This document shows positions 40,601 through 49,049 of a DNA stretch of 64,000 bases, one piece after another. The DNA is from an uncultured Chloroflexia bacterium (lineage in GTDB: Bacteria; Chloroflexota; Limnocylindria; Limnocylindrales; CSP1-4). The translations under genes and the position numbers were made by a program. Within the stretch, counting starts at the first letter, position 1. Every line of letters begins with the position of its first letter. The notes under the pieces are model-generated. The model ran no database searches. It had not been told where the DNA came from and saw only the letters and a list, made by a program, of their open reading frames with translations. The DNA is taken from the NCBI GenBank assembly GCA_963749705.1, contig CAVVNQ010000015.1:258600-322599 (forward strand). The letters run 5' to 3'.

Positions 40601-40944
40601 CGGGCGGCCGAGGAGCCCCGGCTCGAGCCCGGCGCGGCCCCGCGCGTCACGAGCGACCCGTGATCGACGAGGCGGCGCTCGTTGCCGCGCGTGCCGGGGA
40701 CCGCATGGTCGATGCCGCGCGCGCCCGCGGGTCCGATCGGTGGCTCGCGTACCTCGAGCCGCTGCCGGACCGGCTGCGCGACGAGGAGCTGGCTGATCTT
40801 CGCCGCACCGCCCTCCGCGCCCGCGCCGCCTACGGGCCCAAGGACTCGATCCGCGACGCGCTCCCGGCGGATGTCACCGAGCCGTTCCTCGAGGCGATCG
40901 ACCGGCTGCTCAAGGAGATCGCCCGGCGCGACATGGCCGAGTAG
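40597..40944 (+). CDS. hypothetical protein (small, helical, Arg/Asp/Glu-rich)
   Basis: 115-aa ORF translationally coupled to the upstream gene. The C-terminal two thirds have protein-like composition (WLAYLEPLPDRLRDEELADL ... FLEAIDRLLKEIARR). The start position is uncertain. Confidence 0.45.
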   Translation: MTGGRGAPARARRGPARHERPVIDEAALVAARAGDRMVDAARARGSDRWLAYLEPLPDRLRDEELADLRRTALRARAAYGPKDSIRDALPADVTEPFLEAIDRLLKEIARRDMAE

Positions 40945-40965
40945 GGCGCGGGCCCGCCCCGCCGG

Positions 40966-41048
40966 CCGCGACCCCGATCCCGATCCCGGCCCGACGAGCG
41001 CTGACTCGCCGACCGCGACCCCGATCCCGGCCCGACGAGCGCTGACTC
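40966..41048. repeat. 36-nt direct repeat x2 (first copy carries an extra ccgatc hexamer), 5-nt spacer
   Basis: ccgcgaccccgatcc(cgatcc)cggcccgacgagcgctgactc at 40966-41007, and ccgcgaccccgatcccggcccgacgagcgctgactc at 41013-41048. Confidence 0.85.
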
Positions 41049-41225
41049 AGTGGATGCGTCAATCGCGAAGCCAGGCTGCGGGGAATCCGCACCGAGGGCG
41101 GCCAGAAGTGCCGCACGCCGGGGTCGGCGTGTCGCATTGATGCGCCGGATGAGTCACGCGGAGCGGTGGGCAGGCTCAGCCTCGCCGCGCGTCATCCGGC
41201 TGATCGATGCCGCCACCGCCGTCGG

Positions 41226-41702
41226 TCAGTACACGAACGGCAGCATCCGACGCGTCCGGGCGGCGTACGCCGCGTACCCCGGGTAGCGATCCGCGAGCCA
41301 CGCCTCCTCCCGCGACGATTTGAGCCGGAAGAAGCCGAGCAGGACCACGGCACCGGCGACGGCGAGCGGCGAGGCCATCATGAGCCCGTAGCCGGCGGCG
41401 CCGATGACGATGCCGCCGTAGATCGGGTGCCGCACAAAGCGGTAGGCGCCGGACTCGACGAGCGTCGCCCCGTCTCGCGGGTGGGGGAGCGGCGTCAGCG
41501 CCGTCCCCAGGCCGACCAGCCCCAGGATCGCGAGCACGGCGCCGGAAGCCATCGCGACCAGGCCAACCGCGGTCGAGACCGACGCTGCGGCACCACCCCA
41601 CGCCGGACCGGCGAGCCCGGCAACCGCGACCAGCCCCAGGAGCACGAGCTGGATCGCGACCCAGCCTTCGCCCCGCGACCCGAGCGAGGGGAGACCGCTC
41701 AT
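41226..41702 (-). CDS. isoprenylcysteine carboxyl methyltransferase (ICMT)/phospholipid methyltransferase family membrane protein
   Basis: Multi-TM protein. C-terminal signature GAYRFVRHPIYGG ... SREEAWLADRYPGYAAY. Confidence 0.8.
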   Translation of the reverse strand: MSGLPSLGSRGEGWVAIQLVLLGLVAVAGLAGPAWGGAAASVSTAVGLVAMASGAVLAILGLVGLGTALTPLPHPRDGATLVESGAYRFVRHPIYGGIVIGAAGYGLMMASPLAVAGAVVLLGFFRLKSSREEAWLADRYPGYAAYAARTRRMLPFVY

Positions 41703-41825
41703 CGGGCGTCGGCGGGTCGTCGACCGGCGGTCCGGGGCCGGCGACCTCCCTGCGAGTTCAACACCTGCCGGTGATCACGACGAGCACCCATGTGAGACCT
41801 CGAGCGGTGGACATCCGGGACGAGT

Positions 41826-43517
41826 TTACGCGGCGCGCTCGTCGACCCCGAGCTCGACGGGATCAAACGCCTCGAGCAGGAACCGGGACGGCGCGTCGGG
41901 GTCGTACAGCAGCGTCAGGGACCGACGGGCGCGCGTCCAGGCGACATAGGCGAGCCGGCGCTCCTCTTCGAGCGCTCGCTCCGGCTCGGTTGCGTCCGAC
42001 ACGGACCGGCGACCCGGAAAGCCGTCGGCGAGCACGGCGACATGGTCCCACTCCAGGCCCTTCGTTCCGTGCGCGGTCGCGAGCGTGAGCCGCGCGTCGT
42101 CACGGCGGAGCGCGGCGAGCAGCTGCCGCCGCCGGTCGATGGCCGCACGGAGGCTGGTCAGCGTTGGCGCCCCGGCGGCCCATCCGAGCAGCGCGGTGGC
42201 GAGCTCGGGCATGGTCGGTGCCTCGTCACGTGCCGCGCCGGCGGCTGCGTCGTCGGCCGGGTCGCGGAGGGCTCGCCTGACCTCGCCGAGCGCCACCAGC
42301 AGGGGCGTCCCGGGCCACTCCGCAAGCCGGGCGGCTGCCAGCGCCAGGAGGCCCTCGAGACGCGGATCGTCGATGGCGAGCGGAAGGTCGGGGGCCCGGA
42401 ACGGCAGGCCCAGCTCCACCGCGGCGATGATTCCCGGGAGCAGGTCGCGGTTCGTGCGCGCGAGGACCGCGCGGGTCGTGTCATCGGCGGGCCAGGAGCG
42501 CATCACGCGGACGATCCGGGGCAGCTCGTCGGACGGATCCGGGGCCAGCACCAGCCGCCCGGCCGCACCGCGCCGCGCCACGATCCGCTTGGCGAACCGC
42601 TCCCGGTTGTGCTCCACCAGCCGAACGGCCCGATCGACCACCGGCGCCGGACATCGGTAGTTGGTCTCGAGGTCGATCCGCCGAAGCCCCGGCAGCTGGG
42701 CCGCAAGTCCCAGCACCCGGCGCACGTCCGCCAGCCGCCAGCCGTAGATCGTCTGGTCATCGTCGCCCACGGCGAACAGGTTGTTGCCCGGCGCGGCCAG
42801 CAGCAGGGCCAGCTCCAGCTGGGTCCGGTCCAGGTCCTGGGCCTCGTCCACGAGCAGCGTCGACGCACGTGACCGCCAGCGGGCGAGAAGGTCGGGGTCC
42901 GCCTGCAGCTTCCCCAGCGCCCGGACCACGAGATCGTCGAAGTCGACACCGCCTGACGCGGCGACGGCGTGCTCGTAGGCGATGAACGCACGCGCGACAG
43001 GACCGGGGGCCGGATCCGCCGCGATGTCGTCCGCCGAGACGCGCAGGTCGAGCTTGAGCCGCGAGAACGCCAGGTCCAGCCGGCCCCGGTCTGCCGCCGA
43101 CGCGTCCGGGAAGAGGTCGCGGAGCACCTCGTCGCGATCCAGCAGCGGATCGACCGCCACGCCCGCGTCGATCAGGATCTCGCGACCCAGGGCATGAAAG
43201 GTCCGGACGCGCACCGATCCCGCCGGCGTGCCCAGCGGCTCGAGGGCGGCGTCCAGGCGAGCGCCCAGCTCCTCGGCCGCCCGCTTGTTGAACGCGACGA
43301 TGGTCACCGCGCCCGGGTCCGCGCCGCCGTCCACCAACCACGCGACACGGGCCACCAGCGTCGTCGTCTTGCCCGACCCGGCGGGCGCGACACACAGGAC
43401 GGGACCCGGCGGCGCCGTCGCGGCCGCGCGCTGGTCCGGGGCGAGCCGCGCGAGCCGCTCGGCAACCGTCGGGTGCAGCGTTCGAGGGCCCGGTGCGGGC
43501 GGGGCGGCCTGGTGCAT
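41826..43517 (-). CDS. UvrD/Rep/PcrA-family (superfamily 1) DNA helicase
   Basis: Walker A APAGSGKTT, motif II LLVDEAQD, TNYRC, C-terminal TAHGTKGLEWD and YVAWTRAR motifs. 563 aa. Confidence 0.87.
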   Translation of the reverse strand: MHQAAPPAPGPRTLHPTVAERLARLAPDQRAAATAPPGPVLCVAPAGSGKTTTLVARVAWLVDGGADPGAVTIVAFNKRAAEELGARLDAALEPLGTPAGSVRVRTFHALGREILIDAGVAVDPLLDRDEVLRDLFPDASAADRGRLDLAFSRLKLDLRVSADDIAADPAPGPVARAFIAYEHAVAASGGVDFDDLVVRALGKLQADPDLLARWRSRASTLLVDEAQDLDRTQLELALLLAAPGNNLFAVGDDDQTIYGWRLADVRRVLGLAAQLPGLRRIDLETNYRCPAPVVDRAVRLVEHNRERFAKRIVARRGAAGRLVLAPDPSDELPRIVRVMRSWPADDTTRAVLARTNRDLLPGIIAAVELGLPFRAPDLPLAIDDPRLEGLLALAAARLAEWPGTPLLVALGEVRRALRDPADDAAAGAARDEAPTMPELATALLGWAAGAPTLTSLRAAIDRRRQLLAALRRDDARLTLATAHGTKGLEWDHVAVLADGFPGRRSVSDATEPERALEEERRLAYVAWTRARRSLTLLYDPDAPSRFLLEAFDPVELGVDERAA

Positions 43518-43897
43518 CGGGGCCCAGTGTGGTGACGGCCCATCACCGCGGGATTACCGGTGGCATCCGCCCAAACCGGGCGCAGGACCACCGTGGCGGG
43601 CCTTCGGCATCTGCGGATCGCGGTCCCAAGGTGGTGCGTTTGGTCAACGGCGGCCCGATTTGGGGTTCCCTCGGGCGCCGCCGGCGACTACCATGCACCC
43701 CTCACAACCGCCCCTGTCCGACCATAGGAGGAAGCGACCAGGGCGTCCCGCGAGGACGCTCCGGCTGAGGAAAACCTGAGCGCGTTGTCCGAGCGGCCGA
43801 CCGTGCGTGCGCATCCGTCCCGTGCGCGCCCGCACCTACCGCCCTCGCTGCGTCACCCCATCGACCACGTGTGCCCCGTCCGTCGAGGAGGTCCTTC

Positions 43898-46800
43898 ATG
43901 CACCGCTCCGCACCTGCCAGGCTCGTGTTCCTGGCCACCGTCATCGCCCTGCTGGCGTCGCTGGTCGCCGCGCCCGTCAGCGCAACGCCGAAGGCGGGCA
44001 AGGGTCAGCCATCGACCACGGCGGTGCTGTTCGCATCCGACGGCATCCGCCAGGATCTGGTCGCCAAGTACGCGGCCCAGGGCGTGATGCCGACCATGGG
44101 CTCGTTCCTCAAGAACGGGGCCTCGGCATCGGGCAACGGCCTGCTCACCGAGGCGCCGCCCAACACCGGCGCCGGCTGGTACAGCCTGGCCACGGGTGCT
44201 TGGCCCGGCGTGACCGGCTCGACCAACAACACGTTCCATATCAACGGCACCGACTTCTCGCGAAGCACCTCGGCATTCGCCCCCGGGATCCTCCAGGCCG
44301 AGACCATCGCCCAGAGCGCCGAGCGCGGCGGCCTCAAGGTCGCCCAGGTCGAATGGGATGGCGGCGCCAACGCCACGATCGACGGACCCACGATCGACTA
44401 TCGATCGTTCTTCTCGGGCCGTGGTGTGGCGACCAACTTCATCGGCAGCGCCGGTGACGTGCTGTTCGACGATCCCGCGTTCATCGCCGCCTTCGGCCTC
44501 CAGTTCGACACGCCCGGCGGCTACGCGGGTCAGCCCTCCTACACGGGCGCCGATCCGGTGGACGCGACCGGTTGGACCAACGTCCCCACGTCGTACAGCC
44601 CGGCCAAGGAGATGCACCTGCGGGTGCTTGACTTCGGCACGGACAAGTACGGCCTCGATGCCTATATCTTCAATTCCACGAACGACGCCACCACCAACTA
44701 CGACGAGGTCCTGTTCTCGCGCTCCAAGAACGGGAATGACAGCGTCGGCACGCTTGCCCAGGGCCAGTGGGCGGACGTCAAGGTCACGATCCAGGGCGGT
44801 TCGCTCGACGGCAAGACCGCGGGCATGCTGGTCAAGGTCGAGACGCTCTCACCGGACCTGTCCCGCGTCCGCCTGTTCCACACCTCGGTCGCGCGTGCCA
44901 ACGCGACCTGGCCGAGCTGGGGCGGTGAGACCGGCTTCAGCGGCGACTTCGGCGAGTATGTCGCCCAGAAGTTCCCCACCTCGACGGCGGCCGACTTCGC
45001 AATCCTCGAAGCCGGCGTGACCAGCGAGGAGACGTACGTCGAGCAGGGCCTGTACTGGTCGACCGGCATGGAGCCGATCCTCCGGTACGTCATGAACACC
45101 TATCACCCGGACCTGCTCATGGCCGGCGTGCCGACGACCGACGAGTTCAGCCACCAGTTCATGGGTCTCGTCTCGCCGAAGCTCCCCAACGGCGACGCCA
45201 ACCCCGCCTACGACGACGTCAACCTCGATGGCGTCAAGGACAACCGCGTCGCGCAGCGCGAGGGGTTCATCAGGGCCGCCTACATGGAGGCGGACCGGAT
45301 GCTCACGCTGTCGCGCAACCTTGCCGGTGGCAACCCGGTGACGTTCGTGACGTCGGACCACGGGTTCGCGCCCCAGTTCCTGGCCATCGACGCGAGCCTG
45401 CCGCTCGTCCAGATGGGCCTGCTGTCCAAGCCCCAGACCTCGAACTGCCGCACGGCGGCGGGCGAGACGATCGGCAAGGCGAAGGCGTGCTGGGCCGGCG
45501 GGGCGCTCCAGGTCTACCTCAACGTCGCCGGTCGCGACCCGGCCTCGAGCTTCCAGCAGGTGCCCGCGGCTGACGTCGACGCGACCGTCGCGGCGATCAA
45601 GGCCGCTTACCTCGGCATCACCGACACCAACGACTGGACGCATGACGGCAAGCCCGAGGGCTGGAAGGTCATCGACCGCGCATACACCAAGGCGGAGGCG
45701 CGGTACATCCCCAACGGTCCGGGCAGCACGGCCGACATGGCCAACCCCACCCGAACCGGCGACCTCGTCGTGTTCTCGTACCCGCCGTACCAGTTCGACG
45801 CCGAGACGCCGGGCACGCTGATCGCACCGTCCCACTTCTTCGGCCAGCACGGCTACGTCCCCGACGTTCAGAACCTCGCGGCCAACGTCAACATGCGGGC
45901 AACCTTCCTCGCCGGCGGTCCCGGGATCGCCAAGGGGCAGGTCACGGCTCGCACCATCGACCTCGCGCCCACGATGGCATTCCTGCTCGGGATCCCCGAG
46001 CCGCAGCAGAGCGAAGGCCGCGTCCTGACCGAGATCGTCAAGGGCGGCCCCTCGATCAAGCCCATCTCGATCGTCGGCCTCACCGACTTCCACGGCCAGC
46101 TCGACCCGAGCTCGCTCACCTTTGACGGGATCAACACGAGCGTCGGCGGGGCGGCCTACCTCGCAACGATGTTCGACGAGGAGTTCGCATCCCTGCCGGG
46201 TCCCGGGCTGCTCCTGGCGTCCGGTGACAACGTGGGCGCCTCGCCCGCCAACTCCGGCCTTCTCCAGGACACGCCGGCAATCGACGTCGAGAACGCGTGG
46301 GGGCTGGACGCCACGTCCTACGGCAACCACGAGTTCGACTACGGCGTGGACCGCCTCCTGATGCACCAGGCACGAGCGCAGTTCCCGTTCCTGGCTACCA
46401 ACATCGTCGACAGCGCAACGGGCAAGCGGCCTCCCTGGGTCCAGCCGTCCAAGGTGTTCGTGATCAACGGGGTCAAGGTCGGCGTGATCGGCGCCGAGCT
46501 GAGCAGCACGCCCGAGCTGGTCTCGGCGGGCGCGACCGCGGGCCTCTCCTTCCTCGATGAGGGTCCGCGCATCAAGGCCGAATCCGAACGCTTGCGCAAG
46601 CTGGGCGTCAAGGTTCAGGTCGTGGTCATCCACCAGGGCACCGCGACCGGCCTCAACCCGACCGGGAACGCGCCCGGCGTGCCGTGGGACGGCCCGATCC
46701 TCGCGATCGCGGACCAGCTCCAGGACACCACCGTGGACGCGATGCTCGTCGGCCACACCCACCGGATCTCGAACCTCCAGTACGGGAAGTTCCCGATCCT

Positions 46801-47605
46801 CGAGGGTTACAACGCCGGCATGAGCTATTCCGTGCTCCAGATGATGGTCAAGGGCGGTGACGTGATCTGGGCCGGCGGCGCGACGCGCGTCGCCAAGAAC
46901 CTGGGCGTCGCCGCGAGGGCCGACGTCAAGGCGATCGTCGACGATGCCAACGCCCAGACTGCGGTGCTCCGCAACCAGGTGATCGGCACCCAGCAGTTCG
47001 ACATCAAGCGCGCGCCAACCCGGCTGTTCGAATCCGCGATGGGCAACCTGGTCACCGACGCGATGCGCGTCAAGTACCCGGGCGTCGATGCCGCGTACAC
47101 GAACTCGGGCGGTCTTCGCCAGGACCTGCTGTTCTCGCCGCCGACGGCGGGCGAGCAGCCGGGCGAGATCACCTGGGGTGAGATGTTCTCGGTACTGCCG
47201 TTCGGCAACCGGACGGTGATCCTGACCCTGACAGGCGCGCAGCTCGAGCAGGCGTTCATCAACGGGTTCACGCCGTTCTGCAACTCAGCCATCTCCACCG
47301 GACGATTCCCGCAGGTGTCCGGTCTCAAGGTCACCTTCAGCTGCAGTGGGACCACGCCCGTCGTCACGGGCATGTGGAAGACCCCGAACGGCATCGCCGG
47401 ACCGGCGGAGCCGATCGGACCCACGGACAGCGTTCGCTTCGTCACCAATGACTTCATGCTCACCGGCGGCGACGGCTACACCGTGTTCGCCCAGGGCACC
47501 AACATCCAGAACCCGGGTGACGACCTGCTCCAGGTCGCCATCGACTACGTCAGCGCCAACTCGCCGGTCGGCCCCGTCGTGGAAGGCCGGATCGTCGGTC
47601 CCTGA
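43898..47605 (+). CDS. secreted bifunctional alkaline-phosphatase-superfamily phosphodiesterase (NPP-like) / metallophosphatase 5'-nucleotidase fusion protein
   Basis: Signal peptide. N-terminal half carries DG-R ... PPNTGAGWYSLATGAWPGVTG ... TSDHGF (AP superfamily). C-terminal half carries DFHGQL, GDNVGASP, GNHEFDYG, HQGT, GHTH plus a 5'-nucleotidase C-domain. GAGGAGG Shine-Dalgarno 6 nt upstream of the ATG at 43898. Confidence 0.85.
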   Translation: MHRSAPARLVFLATVIALLASLVAAPVSATPKAGKGQPSTTAVLFASDGIRQDLVAKYAAQGVMPTMGSFLKNGASASGNGLLTEAPPNTGAGWYSLATGAWPGVTGSTNNTFHINGTDFSRSTSAFAPGILQAETIAQSAERGGLKVAQVEWDGGANATIDGPTIDYRSFFSGRGVATNFIGSAGDVLFDDPAFIAAFGLQFDTPGGYAGQPSYTGADPVDATGWTNVPTSYSPAKEMHLRVLDFGTDKYGLDAYIFNSTNDATTNYDEVLFSRSKNGNDSVGTLAQGQWADVKVTIQGGSLDGKTAGMLVKVETLSPDLSRVRLFHTSVARANATWPSWGGETGFSGDFGEYVAQKFPTSTAADFAILEAGVTSEETYVEQGLYWSTGMEPILRYVMNTYHPDLLMAGVPTTDEFSHQFMGLVSPKLPNGDANPAYDDVNLDGVKDNRVAQREGFIRAAYMEADRMLTLSRNLAGGNPVTFVTSDHGFAPQFLAIDASLPLVQMGLLSKPQTSNCRTAAGETIGKAKACWAGGALQVYLNVAGRDPASSFQQVPAADVDATVAAIKAAYLGITDTNDWTHDGKPEGWKVIDRAYTKAEARYIPNGPGSTADMANPTRTGDLVVFSYPPYQFDAETPGTLIAPSHFFGQHGYVPDVQNLAANVNMRATFLAGGPGIAKGQVTARTIDLAPTMAFLLGIPEPQQSEGRVLTEIVKGGPSIKPISIVGLTDFHGQLDPSSLTFDGINTSVGGAAYLATMFDEEFASLPGPGLLLASGDNVGASPANSGLLQDTPAIDVENAWGLDATSYGNHEFDYGVDRLLMHQARAQFPFLATNIVDSATGKRPPWVQPSKVFVINGVKVGVIGAELSSTPELVSAGATAGLSFLDEGPRIKAESERLRKLGVKVQVVVIHQGTATGLNPTGNAPGVPWDGPILAIADQLQDTTVDAMLVGHTHRISNLQYGKFPILEGYNAGMSYSVLQMMVKGGDVIWAGGATRVAKNLGVAARADVKAIVDDANAQTAVLRNQVIGTQQFDIKRAPTRLFESAMGNLVTDAMRVKYPGVDAAYTNSGGLRQDLLFSPPTAGEQPGEITWGEMFSVLPFGNRTVILTLTGAQLEQAFINGFTPFCNSAISTGRFPQVSGLKVTFSCSGTTPVVTGMWKTPNGIAGPAEPIGPTDSVRFVTNDFMLTGGDGYTVFAQGTNIQNPGDDLLQVAIDYVSANSPVGPVVEGRIVGP

Positions 47606-47626
47606 CCCCGACGGCTGGGAACGAAC

Positions 47627-47660
47627 GAAGGGCCGGCCCGGTGGCCGGCCCTTCCGTTTG
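47627..47660 (+). terminator. rho-independent terminator
   Basis: Perfect 12-bp stem gaagggccggcc / ggccggcccttc with loop cggt, followed by cgtttg. Lies 22 nt after the stop codon. Confidence 0.7.
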
Positions 47661-47825
47661 CGCGGCAGACGGGTGCCGCCGTTGATCAGTGGCACCGGTA
47701 CGGACGGGCGGCGCAGCCGCGCACCAACAGGGACGACGGGCCCATTTCGCCTCGGCCCTGCCTCGGCGACGCTCCTTGCACCGCGAACCGGGTACGGAAT
47801 CTGAGCGGCGACGATGGAGGTCCGA

Positions 47826-48992
47826 ATGCAACCCCGAAACTTCCGCCGCGCCGCCGCGCTGGCCGCGGTGCTGTGCCTGGTCGTGTCGGCGATGGCGTTC
47901 GCGGACACCGTGGCCGCCGATGGCGACGCGGTGACGCCGGGCATCCAGGGCACCGCGTATCTCGGCGAGGTCACGCCGGGCGGAACCGTGGAGGTCGACG
48001 TCCCGTTCACGCTTGCCTGCAAGGACACGTCGCACGTCGGGCCTGGCTCCACCATCGCCGTCGTCCCCGGAACCACGGTCGCGCCGGCCGGCGGCGCGGT
48101 GAGCGCCACGGCGGGCAGCATCGGTCCGGTTCCCCTCGACTGGCCCGCGGCCGGCGCCTCCTGTCCCGCCGCCGGTTCGCCGACGCTGGCCTCGTCATCG
48201 CCCTCGCACGTCACGCTGACCGCGCCGACGGCCGTGGGGACCGGCTACGGCTACACGATCCTGTTCGCGCGCGACCCGTCGATCGGGACGACCGGCTTCA
48301 CCTCGGTGACGCTCACGCTCGACGTCGTCGAGCCTCCCGCGGCCGACACCACGCCGCCCGAGCTGTCCGGAGTCCCGGCTGACATCGCGGTCGAGGCGAC
48401 CAGCGCCGCGGGTGCCACCGTCTCATGGACGGACCCGACGGCCGTCGACGACACGGATCCCGTCCCGGTCGTCGCCTGCGACCCGGCAGCCGGATCCATG
48501 TTCCCCGTCGGCACCACGACCGTCACCTGCACGGCGAGCGATGCGTCGGGCAACACCGCCAGCGCGACGTTCGACGTCACGGTCACGTCCCCGGCGCACG
48601 CGATGCGCGTCTCGTGGTCGGCGCCGCTGGCCGGCGACGGCGAGCTCGTGATCCAGCCCAACGGCAGGACGGTCCCGGTGGCGGTCCAGGTCACCGTCGA
48701 CGGGTCGCTGCTCACCGCGGGGTCGGGCCACGTCCCGGCGCTTCGTCTCGATCGCATGCCGGCCTGCGACCCGCTCGCCGCGGCCACCGCGACCGTGTCC
48801 ACCGATCTCGGCGCCATGGCCTGGCAGGATGGGCGCTGGACGCTCCACGTCGATGCGCGCTCCCTTGCCGCCGGCTGCTGGACGCTGGTCGTGGTCGTGG
48901 ACGGCGCGGACGCGGGTGGGGCGATGCTGCGGGTCGTCGCGGATGCGCCGCCCGGACTCGCGCCGACGGGTCCGGCAAAGCGGGCGCGCTGA
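47826..48992 (+). CDS. secreted HYR-domain protein
   Basis: Signal peptide (AAVLCLVVSAMAFA). HYR-type module DTTPPELSGVPADIAVEATSAAGATVSWTDPTAVDD ... VTCTASDASGNTASATFDVTV. GGAGG 5 nt upstream of the ATG at 47826 (the ORF is open from 47814). Confidence 0.75.
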   Translation: MQPRNFRRAAALAAVLCLVVSAMAFADTVAADGDAVTPGIQGTAYLGEVTPGGTVEVDVPFTLACKDTSHVGPGSTIAVVPGTTVAPAGGAVSATAGSIGPVPLDWPAAGASCPAAGSPTLASSSPSHVTLTAPTAVGTGYGYTILFARDPSIGTTGFTSVTLTLDVVEPPAADTTPPELSGVPADIAVEATSAAGATVSWTDPTAVDDTDPVPVVACDPAAGSMFPVGTTTVTCTASDASGNTASATFDVTVTSPAHAMRVSWSAPLAGDGELVIQPNGRTVPVAVQVTVDGSLLTAGSGHVPALRLDRMPACDPLAAATATVSTDLGAMAWQDGRWTLHVDARSLAAGCWTLVVVVDGADAGGAMLRVVADAPPGLAPTGPAKRAR

Positions 48993-49049
48993 GGATCAGC
49001 GCACCCGACTGAGGGCTCGAGGGACGCGGCGGCCCGCGAATCGGCGCGC

